Numbered from the stretch's first letter, positions 38,387 to 49,084 are shown. The stretch is DNA of 64,000 nucleotides from an uncultured Candidatus Binatia bacterium (GCA_965214605.1 OZ243961.1:2080001-2144000), one strand, 5' to 3'. Notes: generated by a model from the letters alone, not told the origin. A program made the numbers and translations.

Positions 38387-41215
38387 GTGCCTTCGTCTGC
38401 CCCTTCTGCCCCCCTCTCTCCACCGCACTTGACGTGGGAACAGCATACCCTGCATTCCCTGGCCCGCCTGACCACGACCTATCCCATCACGATTCTGACC
38501 GTGTGCCTAGTCTTGGTCAGTGTGGCGCTGAGCTATACCGCCTCATATCTGGAGTTTGTCACTGGCCGGAATGAGCTCATTGACAGCAACAAGCCGTATA
38601 TCAAGCTAGAGGAGCAATACGCCGAGGAGTTTAGCAGCCTTGACCAGTTCTTCGTTGTGGTCGAGCCACAAGATATTGAGCAGGGCCAAGCCTTTATGGT
38701 CCGGCTTGGCGAGCTTCTGACCCGGGAGACGGGCTATATTGAGGACGTCTTCTATCAGGTTGATACCACCTCGCTCGACGGCAAAAAGCTCCTCTACCTG
38801 CCCACCGAGGACTTGCAGAGCCTATTCGGCGATATTTCCGACTCTCGGGATCTGATCCAGGAAATCACCGTCGCCCCGGGCCTCAACACCCTGTTTGAGG
38901 CTATTAACCGGCAGATCAGCGCCGCCACCGTCTCCCACCTCATTGGCAGCCTGTTGGGTCTAGGTCTTCCCGAAGACGAACCACAGGAGGAAAATCGAGA
39001 AACTCCGGACGAAACGCCGACGCCGCAGATCGGCCTTCTCAATTCTCTGCTGTATGAGATGGACCAGGCGCTCAGCAACCCGGCTCATCGCTATCAGTCA
39101 CCCTGGGAAGAGTTCTTTGGCGATACCCAAACGCTGTCGGACGAGGGCTTCCTCGTGTCCGGCAACCGTCAGTTTCTCTTCATGCTAGTCGAACCCGCAG
39201 ATCCGGAAGAGGCCGGACTGACCGAGCTGCAAGACGCCATTACTACGATTCGGCACATTATTCATGACTTGCGATCGGACTTCCCCGGACTCGACGCCGG
39301 TCTGACCGGCATTGAGGTCCTCGACACCGATGAGATGACCAGTGCCCAGAGCGATGCACCGGCGGCAACGCTCGCGACAGCGCTGGGTATTGGTCTATTG
39401 TATCTGACCTTTTTTCAGCGCATCAGGCACCCGGTTCTTATTCTCTCCTCGCTGCTGGTCGGACTATGCTGGACTATGGGCTTTGTCACCCTGGCGGTCG
39501 GTCACCTAACGATTATCAGCCTGTTTGTCGCTCCCCTGCTGCTAGGTTTAGCCGACGATTTCGGTGTCCACTTTATGACCCGCTACGAGGAAGAACGCGG
39601 CGCCGACAGAGACCCGATTGCTGCTCTCCATCAGGTCTATATTCATACTGGACCGAGCATTATCGCCGGGGCATCCACAACGGCTCTGGCCTTTGCAGCC
39701 ATTATGCTGGCCGATTTCCGAGGCATGCAAGAACTCGGCCTAATGTCCAGCGTCGGTATCTTGCTGTCCATGTTGGCCATGTTCAGCTTTCTGCCCGCTC
39801 TAGTCGTGGTAGTTGAGCGTATCCGTCCCTGGCGGGCGCACTCGACCCGCCCGAGTTTTTTGAGTACCCCCTTCACCGCGTTGGGGAGGCTGGTGGAGAA
39901 CAGGCGGCGGTCGGTTTTGGTGTTAGCTGGTCTGCTAACACTGGGGGCGCTGGGAGCACTCCCGACCGTTCGGTTTGACTACGACCTGCTCAACCTCCAA
40001 GCCCATGGCACCCCTTCGGTTGAGTGGGAGAGACGTATCATTGCCCATTCGGAACGCGCCTCCTGGAATGCCTTGGCAACGGCTTCAACCCCCCAGGCTG
40101 CCATGCGGAAAGCGGCAGCGTTTGAAGCCCTGCCAGTCGTCGAAACGGTCGAAAGTATGGCCTCTTTTATCCCCGCCGGTCAGGCTCAGCGGATGGCGCT
40201 GGTCCACGATCTACAGCCCCTGCTGGCTGACCTCCCCCCGGTTCTGGCGAGGCCCTCGCCCGTTATGGTGTTCGACCTCCAGCGTTCTCTTGATCAGATT
40301 CGGTTTAAAGTTCGAGAGAGTAATGAAGACTGGGACCCTGAAAAAAAACCTACAGAAAGTGAGTTGAGCACGGCCCGCAGCCGGCTGAAAACCATTGTCA
40401 CCCGTTTACAAAACCTCCCCCAGAACGAAGCCCGGGCTGCGCTCAGCCGGTTTCAGGCCGATCTGTTTCAAGATTTTGCCGATGTCTGGAGCCTCCTGTG
40501 GAATAATATCCATCCCTCCGGTCCAATTACTCTGGCCGATATTCCACCCCAGCTCAAAAAACGCTTTGTGAGCCGCAACGAGGACAAGTTCTTACTCCAG
40601 ATCTATCCCAAGCACAATATTCGTGAGCAGCAGGCGCTCGAAGCCTTCATCCAGCAGCTGCGCGAGGTTGACCCTGATGTCACGGGCTCGCCGGTCATTG
40701 GCTACGAGTCGATCCGTGCCATGCAGCAGGGCTATATCGAAGCCGCGATGTACGCCCTGATTGCGATTGTGATTGTCACCTTTAGTACCTTGCGGAGTGT
40801 CACCGATACCCTGCTTGCTCTCCTGCCGCTAGGTCTGGGGATGGTTTGGGCCGGCGGCCTGATGTGGCTGTGCAAGCTCCAGTTCAACGTTGCCAACCTG
40901 GTGGCCGCCCCCCTCATTATTGGCATCGGCATCGAAAACGGTATTCACCTCGTCCACCGTTTTCGAGAAGACCCGCAGACGACACCAGCCAGTTTAATCG
41001 CGGGCAGTACAGGCCAAGCTGTAGCCCTGTTTTCGCTAACGACTATGGTCGGCTTCGGTAGCCTGATGATCGCCAAATACTATGGCGTTTTTAGTATGGG
41101 CTTGCTACTGTCGTTGGCAGTAGGCGGCGTCCTGGTCGCCTCCCTTGTTGTGCTCCCGGCGTTTTTGTCTTGTCCGGCACGTCACAGGGCACCTTATGAG
41201 AGTGACCGCGCCTAG
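38387..41215 (+). CDS. hpnN: MMPL/RND hopanoid transporter
   Basis: Two 6-TM repeats with GLADDFGVH and GIGIENGIH motifs; hpn context; start uncertain. Confidence 0.85.
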   Translation: MPSSAPSAPLSPPHLTWEQHTLHSLARLTTTYPITILTVCLVLVSVALSYTASYLEFVTGRNELIDSNKPYIKLEEQYAEEFSSLDQFFVVVEPQDIEQGQAFMVRLGELLTRETGYIEDVFYQVDTTSLDGKKLLYLPTEDLQSLFGDISDSRDLIQEITVAPGLNTLFEAINRQISAATVSHLIGSLLGLGLPEDEPQEENRETPDETPTPQIGLLNSLLYEMDQALSNPAHRYQSPWEEFFGDTQTLSDEGFLVSGNRQFLFMLVEPADPEEAGLTELQDAITTIRHIIHDLRSDFPGLDAGLTGIEVLDTDEMTSAQSDAPAATLATALGIGLLYLTFFQRIRHPVLILSSLLVGLCWTMGFVTLAVGHLTIISLFVAPLLLGLADDFGVHFMTRYEEERGADRDPIAALHQVYIHTGPSIIAGASTTALAFAAIMLADFRGMQELGLMSSVGILLSMLAMFSFLPALVVVVERIRPWRAHSTRPSFLSTPFTALGRLVENRRRSVLVLAGLLTLGALGALPTVRFDYDLLNLQAHGTPSVEWERRIIAHSERASWNALATASTPQAAMRKAAAFEALPVVETVESMASFIPAGQAQRMALVHDLQPLLADLPPVLARPSPVMVFDLQRSLDQIRFKVRESNEDWDPEKKPTESELSTARSRLKTIVTRLQNLPQNEARAALSRFQADLFQDFADVWSLLWNNIHPSGPITLADIPPQLKKRFVSRNEDKFLLQIYPKHNIREQQALEAFIQQLREVDPDVTGSPVIGYESIRAMQQGYIEAAMYALIAIVIVTFSTLRSVTDTLLALLPLGLGMVWAGGLMWLCKLQFNVANLVAAPLIIGIGIENGIHLVHRFREDPQTTPASLIAGSTGQAVALFSLTTMVGFGSLMIAKYYGVFSMGLLLSLAVGGVLVASLVVLPAFLSCPARHRAPYESDRA

Positions 41216-41220
41216 GCTGC

Positions 41221-41724
41221 ATGCGGAAAATTACCCCCATGATCATCGGGACCGACTTTCTCAAGACGCTGCGTGCTGAAGGCTTCGATTTTTTCACCGG
41301 AGTGCCCTGCTCGCTGGTCAAGAGTTTGATTGCCCGCCTCGAAGAGGAAGGGCCGTATATTCCGGAAACCCGCGAAGACGCAGCGGTCGGCCTAGCGGCT
41401 GGCGCCTATATGGCCGGTAAACAGCCAGTCGTTATCATGCAAAATTCGGCCTTAGGAGTGTGTCTCAACGCCCTCGCCTCGCTGAGTCTGATCTACGATC
41501 TGCCGTGTCTGTTGCTCGTCACCTGGCGCGGTTATCAGGGAAAAGACGCCCCCGAGCATCTCATCATGGGAAACATCTCCCCCCGCTTATTCGAGACCTT
41601 GCGCATTCCGTATCGGGTGTTGAGTGTCGAGACTACCATGCAAGACGCCGGGTGGGCTGCCGATATCATCCATCACGGCAAAAAACCGGTGGCTCTGTTA
41701 CTCCCTCCGGGGGTGCTTGAGTGA
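41221..41724 (+). CDS. TPP-dependent phosphonopyruvate/sulfopyruvate decarboxylase, alpha subunit
   Basis: FFTGVPCSL, REDAAVGLAAG, MQNSALG, WRG....DAPEH. Confidence 0.88.
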   Translation: MRKITPMIIGTDFLKTLRAEGFDFFTGVPCSLVKSLIARLEEEGPYIPETREDAAVGLAAGAYMAGKQPVVIMQNSALGVCLNALASLSLIYDLPCLLLVTWRGYQGKDAPEHLIMGNISPRLFETLRIPYRVLSVETTMQDAGWAADIIHHGKKPVALLLPPGVLE

Positions 41725-42284
41725 AGCTGGCAGACGCCTTAGGGATAATGATTCCCCTGCTGCACGACGAGCTCGTCGTGCATGCCAACGGTTTTATTTC
41801 GCGTGAATCCTTCAATCTCAGTGACCGGCCGGGCAACTTCTATATGATCGGCTCTATGGGGCTTGCCTCATCTATCGGTCTGGGCGTTGCCCTCAATCGT
41901 CCCAATCGTCGTGTTGTGGTCTTTGACGGCGACGGCAATGTCCTCATGAATATGGGCTCCTTGGCACTGATTGGCGCCACCCAACCGCCCAACTTCGTTC
42001 ACATCGTTTTCGACAATGAAGCCTATGGCTCAACTGGTAATCAGCGCACGATCTCGGGTCAAGTCGCCCTGGAAGATATCGCCCGCTCCAGCGGCTACCA
42101 GCACGTCGGCAGGGTTGGCACACCGGGAGGTCTTAAAGCTGCGGCAGGCGAATTGCTCGGTCAGGCCGGACCCTCGTTTCTGTTAATTAAGATTGAACCT
42201 GACTGGCAAGAACGCAAAATCGGCCGTATCACGCACGAACCGCCCCAGATTGCGCGGCGATTTATCGAAGCCATTAAAAAATGA
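41721..42284 (+). CDS. TPP-dependent phosphonopyruvate/sulfopyruvate decarboxylase, beta subunit
   Basis: NGFISRE, NFYMIGSMG, DGDGNVLMN, DNEAYGSTGNQ. Confidence 0.88.
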   Translation: MKLADALGIMIPLLHDELVVHANGFISRESFNLSDRPGNFYMIGSMGLASSIGLGVALNRPNRRVVVFDGDGNVLMNMGSLALIGATQPPNFVHIVFDNEAYGSTGNQRTISGQVALEDIARSSGYQHVGRVGTPGGLKAAAGELLGQAGPSFLLIKIEPDWQERKIGRITHEPPQIARRFIEAIKK

Positions 42285-42375
42285 AGAAACGTCGAATGAT
42301 AAAACGCAACGGTCAAAAGGAAGACACGGGAAAATACGGTTCTTCACGTGTTGACCCTTGACTTCTGAGTTCTCC

Positions 42376-43449
42376 ATGCAGCCCATCCTCCTCAACCCCG
42401 GCCCGGTTAACGTCTCCCCGTTCGTACAAGAGGCCCTTTTGGGTGGAGACCTCTGCCACCGTGAAGAAGAATTCTCAAACCTGTTGCGTGCCATCCGCTC
42501 AAAACTCCTCAAGGCCTTTGCCCACCAACACTATACCTCGGTCGTCATCAGCGGTTCAGGCACCTCAGCGGTAGAAGCAATGGTGTCCTCAGCCCTGCCC
42601 CCAGGGAAAAAACTCTTGGTCATCAATAACGGTGTCTACGGCGAGCGTATGCTACGTATGGCTAGAGCTCATAGAATACCAAGTGTCGAATTGCGCTACA
42701 GCTGGACCGAGCCACCCGACGTCGGTCAGATCGAATCCAGGCTTCAGGCTGATCCGTCTATCGGCGGTGTCGCCCTAGTCCATCATGAGACAACCACCGG
42801 ACTGTTGAATCCGGTTTCCGAGGTCGGATCCCTGACTAGGCGGCTAGACCGTGTGTTCCTCCTCGATGCGGTCAGCGCCTTGGCCGGCGAAGATCTCGAC
42901 CTTGTTCGCGACCAGGTCGATCTGTGTGCCTGTACGGCCAACAAATGTGTGCAAGGCTTGCCCGGTGTGGCCTTTGTTTTGGTTCGGTCTGCCCTGATGC
43001 GGGCTATGCAACACCACGAACCCAGCTCGCTCTCTCTTCACTTGCCTCTCCACTGGGAAGCCCAGGAACGCAACAGTGTCCCTTTTACGCCGTCGGTGCA
43101 AACCTGGTACGCCCTTAACGCCGCTCTTGATGAACTCCTAGAGGAAACTGTGGCGGCGCGTATCCAGCGCTACCGGGCGGCCTCGCAACTGCTGCGGGCA
43201 GGTTTCGATCGCCTGGGGCTGCGGTTTCTTTTGCCGCCCGAACTGCGGGTCAATTCGCTCACCGCGCTGTTCTTGCCTGACGACATGAGCTATCAAGACC
43301 TGCACGACCAACTCAAGAAACGTGGATTTGTTATCTATGAAGGTCAAGGTCAGCTCCGTCCCGATATCTTCCGGATTGCCAACATGGGGCATCTGAACCT
43401 TGACGACTTTCGCCGCTTCCTCCAAAGCCTCGAAGACGTTCTGCGCTAA
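42376..43449 (+). CDS. 2-aminoethylphosphonate aminotransferase-like (class V PLP)
   Basis: LLNPGPV, SGSGT, NNGVYGERM, VHHETTTGLLN, DAVS, ANKCVQG, PFTP. Confidence 0.88.
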   Translation: MQPILLNPGPVNVSPFVQEALLGGDLCHREEEFSNLLRAIRSKLLKAFAHQHYTSVVISGSGTSAVEAMVSSALPPGKKLLVINNGVYGERMLRMARAHRIPSVELRYSWTEPPDVGQIESRLQADPSIGGVALVHHETTTGLLNPVSEVGSLTRRLDRVFLLDAVSALAGEDLDLVRDQVDLCACTANKCVQGLPGVAFVLVRSALMRAMQHHEPSSLSLHLPLHWEAQERNSVPFTPSVQTWYALNAALDELLEETVAARIQRYRAASQLLRAGFDRLGLRFLLPPELRVNSLTALFLPDDMSYQDLHDQLKKRGFVIYEGQGQLRPDIFRIANMGHLNLDDFRRFLQSLEDVLR

Positions 43450-43474
43450 TCTTTTCAGGGCGTACGTACACGTT

Positions 43475-44212
43475 ATGAAAGCCATTATTCTTGCCGCCGG
43501 TATCGGCAAACGCTTCAAAGCTCCCACCGACCAGATCCCCAAGTGTTTAATTGAAATACAAGGTCGAACCCTCTTAGAGCGGACCTTATCCGCTCTTGGC
43601 GCGGCTGGGGTTAGCCGGGCGGTGGTAGTCGTTGGCTATCGAGGTGAGATGATTGAGAACACAATTGGGGCGAGGTGTGGCCACGTCCAGGTCTCATACA
43701 TCACCAACGCCCGCTATGATCGGGGAGCGATCCTGTCGCTATGGAGTGCCCGCCAGGAATTTGACGATGATCTCCTTATCATGGATGCCGACGTCCTGTT
43801 CCCGACCGCAATGATCAGCCGTCTGGTCGAGTCTCCCCATCCGAACTGCTTTTTGCTCGACCCCAGCACAACTCACACCGGAGAAGAACAAATGCTGTTG
43901 ACCCGTGGCGGACGGGTGGTGACAATTGTTCGGGGGGGATCTGGGGACTATGATCTAGTCGGCGAGTCCATCGGGTTTCTCAAGATTTCCCGTCAGGATG
44001 CACCTCTCCTGCGCACAATTCTTGACGATCAGATTGCCCAAGGGCGGGATACGATCGAACATGAAGAAGCCTACCCGATGTTCCTCGCTCAGCGGTTTGT
44101 CGGTTTTGAGCAGGTTGAAGATCTTCCGTGGATAGAAATAGATTTTCCCCAAGATTTAGAGCAGGCCAAGCGGGAAGTTCTGCCACGTATTCTTGCTCTT
44201 GATCGGCCATAG
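43475..44212 (+). CDS. Phosphocholine/phosphonate cytidylyltransferase (LicC/PntC-like)
   Basis: KAIILAAGIGKR, PKCL, DADVLF, GESIGF, WIEIDFPQDL. Confidence 0.85.
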   Translation: MKAIILAAGIGKRFKAPTDQIPKCLIEIQGRTLLERTLSALGAAGVSRAVVVVGYRGEMIENTIGARCGHVQVSYITNARYDRGAILSLWSARQEFDDDLLIMDADVLFPTAMISRLVESPHPNCFLLDPSTTHTGEEQMLLTRGGRVVTIVRGGSGDYDLVGESIGFLKISRQDAPLLRTILDDQIAQGRDTIEHEEAYPMFLAQRFVGFEQVEDLPWIEIDFPQDLEQAKREVLPRILALDRP

Positions 44213-44252
44213 GCCGAATCCTCTTGTACCCTCTCCCTTCGTTACCAAAAAG

Positions 44253-46025
44253 ATGTTCGTGATGTCCAATCGAACGAAATGCGCCCACGAACATCTTTTA
44301 CTCCCCTCCCCCCTCAGGCCCCTAGTCCGCCTGTCTCCACCCGCCCTAGCAAGCCTGTTTGTCATTGTGGCCGGTCTCATTTTCTTTTGGCGACTGGGCG
44401 AAGGACCAATTTATCGGACCATGGAAGGGCGGGAAGCCCTCGTTATGCAAGAGATGCTGCGTACCGGCAATTGGGTGCTGCCTTTACGCAACGGAGAGAC
44501 GATTCCTTCCAAGCCGCCGTTGGTGCACTGGGTTGGTGCCGGCGTTGCCCATCTGAGCGGGGAGATGTCGGAATGGGCAGCCCGATTTCCGTGTGCTCTG
44601 TTCTCGGCCCTGAGTGTCGGCCTGACCTGTTTCCTCGGCTGTCGGGTGGCCAATCGCGAGGTCGGCATCCTGGCCTCCCTGCTTGTCCTCACCACACCTC
44701 TGTTTGTCGAAATGGCCCGTGAAGCCTGGGTGGATTCGGCCTTGGCCTTTTTTGTCCTAGCCAGCCTCACCAGTTTTGCCTGTATGTATAAAGCCGACGA
44801 ATGGCAGGGTTGGCGAAGCCTGGCCTTTGCGCTGTCCCTAGCCGGCGCAAGCCTCAGCAAAGGACCGATTGGTATCATTCTGCCCGCTCTCGTGATCGGG
44901 CTCTACCTCACGGCTCAGGGGCAACTGTCGCGCATCCGGCAGCTGTTGAGCCCAACCAACGTCGTGGTGGCCGTTGGCATTCCGCTGACCTGGTACGCGC
45001 TAGCGCTCAACCAGGAGGGGTGGGCATTTTTTCAGAAGCAGCTCCTACAGGAAAACATCCTACGCTTTACCTCTGGCTCGGGCAAACGGATCCCTTCCTC
45101 CGCTTTTTTTTTCTTGCCGTTTGTCTTAAACGGATTGCCCTGGAGCCTGCTGTTCGGCTTTGGCTTGTGGCACTTTGCCCGTCAGGCCCCCATCCGGGAG
45201 AAGGGGGTGCTGGCCCTGCTGTGGTGCCTGGCCCTCATCGCTTTTTTTTCGATCGCGGCGGGCAAGCGTGACGTCTATCTGCTGCCCCTGTACCCGGCAA
45301 TGGCATTGTTTGCTGCGGAATGGGGCTGGCCGCGGGTTCCCCGCCAGACCGCACCACTCGCCTCCTGGCTGAGCGCCGGGCTTGTCCTAACCGCTCTCGG
45401 TGCCAGCTTAGCGACGCTGTTGGCTGCAGTCTCGGTCGCCCTTGACTGTCTCACCATTGACTCGGCTGCGGTGGAGCTGGTTTTTGGCGAGGACAAATGG
45501 AAGAGTGCGGCCCGGTTCATTCGTTTTGTGGACGAGCAGCCGGTGTATGGCACGACCTTGCTGGCCGTCTTGTGCAGCTGTGGGGTGGGGGCGGTTTGGG
45601 AGACGACTCGGGGCTTTTGGCAGACAAGCCTGTGGCTGGTGCTCTGTATGCTCCTGCTGACGACCGCCGGTCTGTATCCTTTTACCCGGGCGTACGCAAA
45701 AGAGTTTAAATCCTTAACCGGCTTTGCCACTCAGATCAGCCAGGCTGTTGGAGCTGAACAGCCACTGTTCTTTTACACTCCACAGACCTACTCTTCGGAG
45801 TTTGACGAATTTTCTCAGATCTATTTTTACCTGAACCGTCCGGTTCGCCTTGCTCCGTGCGCCGAACACAGCGACTTTTCGCGCTGTCAACCTGGCTATT
45901 ACGTGCTCCGGGAGCGGTTTTGGCGGTCGCTCCAACACACCCCGAACACCCGTCTGGTGGTCGACAGTCAAAGCGGCTCAGGACCGGACGCACGGCCACA
46001 CCTGGTGCTGGTTCGACGGGATTAA
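44253..46025 (+). CDS. ArnT/GT83-family (GT-C) membrane glycosyltransferase
   Basis: EGRE..V.QEM...GNWVLP..NG....KPPL, SKGPIG, KRDVYLLPLYP; multi-TM; start uncertain. Confidence 0.88.
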   Translation: MFVMSNRTKCAHEHLLLPSPLRPLVRLSPPALASLFVIVAGLIFFWRLGEGPIYRTMEGREALVMQEMLRTGNWVLPLRNGETIPSKPPLVHWVGAGVAHLSGEMSEWAARFPCALFSALSVGLTCFLGCRVANREVGILASLLVLTTPLFVEMAREAWVDSALAFFVLASLTSFACMYKADEWQGWRSLAFALSLAGASLSKGPIGIILPALVIGLYLTAQGQLSRIRQLLSPTNVVVAVGIPLTWYALALNQEGWAFFQKQLLQENILRFTSGSGKRIPSSAFFFLPFVLNGLPWSLLFGFGLWHFARQAPIREKGVLALLWCLALIAFFSIAAGKRDVYLLPLYPAMALFAAEWGWPRVPRQTAPLASWLSAGLVLTALGASLATLLAAVSVALDCLTIDSAAVELVFGEDKWKSAARFIRFVDEQPVYGTTLLAVLCSCGVGAVWETTRGFWQTSLWLVLCMLLLTTAGLYPFTRAYAKEFKSLTGFATQISQAVGAEQPLFFYTPQTYSSEFDEFSQIYFYLNRPVRLAPCAEHSDFSRCQPGYYVLRERFWRSLQHTPNTRLVVDSQSGSGPDARPHLVLVRRD

Positions 46026-46206
46026 TTTGTCCCGAGCACAGACCGCCACTCGATACGGCTCGCTCAGTCTTATGATCGACGATCCGTCTGGATTCAAACT
46101 CACCTTGGCTCTCAGAGGTATTTTCGCTAATCTGACATCCCTGGGCTCATGGAGGCGTCAGTTGTTCGCACCTATTGCCTAGAACACCACAACGATAAGA
46201 GACCCT

Positions 46207-46971
46207 ATGGCTCCTGAGGCATCACCCTCTCCCTCCTCCCCTCCCCCGCTTGGAGAACGTCCGGCTGGCCTGGTACAGAGCGGCTTTACCGCTTGGCTGC
46301 GCCGGCGGCGGCGGATATTGCCCATTCCTCTGTGTGTCCTCGTGCTCATATTCCTTCCCCCCACCTACCCTCTGGCTAGCCCGAAGCTTGACTTGGTCAG
46401 CGATATCTTTGGCACAGCGGTGTGTCTGCTCGGTCAGTGGATGCGGGGCTGGGCCTGGGGGAGTAATGCCGAAGTCGGCAAATTTGGCCTACGTGAACGC
46501 GGTCCATACGCGCTTATGCGTCATCCCCTGTACAGCGGCAACTTTCTCATTGTGCTGGGATTAGTCATAGTCTACCATAACCTGTGGGTCTATCCACTCT
46601 TTCTTCTGCCCTTTGCCTATCTGTACAACGCCATTACCAAGATGGAAGAACAACGCCTACACTGGCGCTTTACCCACGACTACGAAGGCTATCGGGAAGT
46701 CGCTGTGCCCCGCTTTATCCCAGCCCTGGCGCATCTGGGCAGGGCGGTCGACACAACGCTGCCATTTGGCTGGAAGCTGGCGTGGCGAAAAGAGTACGAG
46801 TCAGTATGCGGCTGGCTAGCTGGCATTATTGGTATTCAGATCTACGAACAGGTTGAGGCGTATGGCTGGATCGTCACCTGGCCCTCCACCCGCCTGTGGT
46901 TCAGCCTCTTAGTCGTGATCGGCCTTGCCAATGTGAGTCTCAAGACGCTGGGACGCCTGTCACGGCGTTGA
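46207..46971 (+). CDS. ICMT/PEMT-family membrane methyltransferase
   Basis: GPYALMRHPLYSG, EEQRL...F...Y..Y...VPRFIP. Confidence 0.85.
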   Translation: MAPEASPSPSSPPPLGERPAGLVQSGFTAWLRRRRRILPIPLCVLVLIFLPPTYPLASPKLDLVSDIFGTAVCLLGQWMRGWAWGSNAEVGKFGLRERGPYALMRHPLYSGNFLIVLGLVIVYHNLWVYPLFLLPFAYLYNAITKMEEQRLHWRFTHDYEGYREVAVPRFIPALAHLGRAVDTTLPFGWKLAWRKEYESVCGWLAGIIGIQIYEQVEAYGWIVTWPSTRLWFSLLVVIGLANVSLKTLGRLSRR

Positions 46972-46975
46972 ACCT

Positions 46976-47863
46976 ATGACCGCTCTCAGGCGCAAACGCC
47001 TCATCGTCAATGGCGACGATTTTGGCCTGTCCGACCGGGTCAACGAGGCGATCCTCCACGCCCATCAGCACGGGATTCTGACCAATACCAGCCTGATGGT
47101 CGGCGCTCAGGCATGGCATGAGGCGGTCGAGTTGGCAAGGGCTACACCGAGCCTTCAGGTCGGGCTCCACCTGACCCTGGTCCAAGGTCAGTCGGTCCTA
47201 TCACACCGCCATATCCCACAGCTGACCGATCACAGCGGAAATTTTCTCCATAATCCGACCCGGGCCGGGCTGCGTTACTTCTTCTCGCCCCGCGCCCGGT
47301 CTCAAGTCCAGGACGAATGTCGGGCCCAAATCGAACGCTTTCTGGCCACCGGTTTACCGCTGGCCCATATTGATGGGCACGTCAATATACATCTGCATCC
47401 CGTCGTCTTGAACAGCCTGTTGGGTCTGGCCAAGGAATATGGCGTCCGGGCCATGCGGCTGACCCAGGAAGATCTGGCCTGTAGTCTGACGCTTGATCCA
47501 CGTGCTGCGATTCGCAAACGCTGGGAGTCCTTCATCTTTATCCGCCTGGCCCGACACGCGGAAAAGAAGCTGGCCGCGGCCGGCCTTGTCTGGCCGGATG
47601 CGCTGTTTGGACTACACCAGACCGGAAGAGTGGATGAACCCTACCTGCTGAAGCTCCTGCCCCGTCTCCAAGCCGGCGTTACCGAACTATACTGTCACCC
47701 CGCCTTTCTGCCCTGCCCGGAAGTCCAGCGCTGGACACCAGGCTATCGACGAGACGTCGAGTTAGCCGCCCTGACTAGCTGGGCCGTTCGGCAGATGCTC
47801 CAACACCAGGATATTGAGCTGATTGGCTACCGAGATCTGTACCAACAGGTTCATACCGCCTGA
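46976..47863 (+). CDS. hpnK: Hopanoid-associated deacetylase (YdjC/ChbG family)
   Basis: IVNGDDFG, GLHLTL, HIDGHVNIHLHP, ELYCHP; converges on hpnI. Confidence 0.88.
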   Translation: MTALRRKRLIVNGDDFGLSDRVNEAILHAHQHGILTNTSLMVGAQAWHEAVELARATPSLQVGLHLTLVQGQSVLSHRHIPQLTDHSGNFLHNPTRAGLRYFFSPRARSQVQDECRAQIERFLATGLPLAHIDGHVNIHLHPVVLNSLLGLAKEYGVRAMRLTQEDLACSLTLDPRAAIRKRWESFIFIRLARHAEKKLAAAGLVWPDALFGLHQTGRVDEPYLLKLLPRLQAGVTELYCHPAFLPCPEVQRWTPGYRRDVELAALTSWAVRQMLQHQDIELIGYRDLYQQVHTA

Positions 47864-47893
47864 GCGTCACCCATTCGCCCGCTATCCGGCCCT

Positions 47894-49084
47894 CTAGTCA
47901 CAGCCGGGCTCCGAGGTTTCGCTATGTGAGACGTCGGGCAAGACGTCTGCGGCGTCAATGAGCACCATCGTGCCATCCCGACGAACCCGAAAGGTATGCT
48001 CTCGCCAGCGGACGGTGTTCCCGCCTAGACTCCAGACCCAAATCCCAAACGATAAGAGATCGGTGATAAGGACAAGTCCAAACGTCGTCGTTAGGGGGAG
48101 CCTGACGCCCAGAAAATATCGCCCTAGCAGCGTGGCCGAGAGACAACGGACCGCCAGAGTCAGTCCGGACAGGACAGCTAGAGGTGTTGCCCAACCAGAC
48201 ACAAGCCCTAGCACGGCCCAGACCGTACCATACGTCACCACCGTCCCCACATAGCCGGACGGGCGGCATACGCGTTGGGTACGCGCCCAGCGCAGCTGGT
48301 GGTACAAAAGTCCCCGCAGACTCGCGACATCGGGATAGGTCTCTACAACATAGGGCAGGATGCGTGCTTGATAGCCGGCTTGAGTGGCCAAGTTCCCCAG
48401 ATAATAATCATCGGCCAGATAATCGGCCAGAGCCGCAAAGCCCCCAATCGCCTCAACGCACGAACGTGTCACCGCTATGGTCGCACCAAAGGCGTACCTT
48501 GTCCTCTCGATTTGGCTGGCAAGTAGGACAGAAGGCATAAAGGAGGTATTGATCAGCACTGATTCGAGGAGAGCGGGCAGGGGCTGTCGAGTGGCGCTGC
48601 GGTACGGACAGGTCACGACTCCAACCTGTGGGCCGCTCAGGGGAGGAATGATACGCCGGAGATAGTCCGAAGCGACCCGAACGTCGCTGTCGCTGATCGC
48701 AAAAATATCATACTTGGCCTGCTGTGACAGAGAGTGCAGGGTGCTCACCTTATAATTGCTGCCGATCACCTCGGGATTGACAACGAGCGAGATATCACAC
48801 TCTGGGAAGTCGTGCTGTAAGCGTTGGACGACTGTAATCGCGGGATCACGCGGATCGCGAACGCCGAACAATAGCTGAAAAGCTGGATAATCGATTCGAC
48901 AGAAACTCGCCAAATGCCCGTACAAGTCGGGCGTCATTCCCTTGAGGGGTTTAAAGACAGAAACCGGCGGACACGCAACTGGGGAAGCTGGAAGCTGTCG
49001 AAACAGTCGCCAGGCAGCATACACAGACAAGAGGTAATACAGACAGGCTATACATAACAAAACGGCGAAAAATGTCGTGGCCAT
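47894..49084 (-). CDS. hpnI: Bacteriohopanetetrol glucosamine glycosyltransferase (GT2)
   Basis: KPLKG, GSNYKV, SDSDVRV, LADDYYLG, HQLRWART. Confidence 0.88.
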   Translation of the reverse strand: MATTFFAVLLCIACLYYLLSVYAAWRLFRQLPASPVACPPVSVFKPLKGMTPDLYGHLASFCRIDYPAFQLLFGVRDPRDPAITVVQRLQHDFPECDISLVVNPEVIGSNYKVSTLHSLSQQAKYDIFAISDSDVRVASDYLRRIIPPLSGPQVGVVTCPYRSATRQPLPALLESVLINTSFMPSVLLASQIERTRYAFGATIAVTRSCVEAIGGFAALADYLADDYYLGNLATQAGYQARILPYVVETYPDVASLRGLLYHQLRWARTQRVCRPSGYVGTVVTYGTVWAVLGLVSGWATPLAVLSGLTLAVRCLSATLLGRYFLGVRLPLTTTFGLVLITDLLSFGIWVWSLGGNTVRWREHTFRVRRDGTMVLIDAADVLPDVSHSETSEPGCD

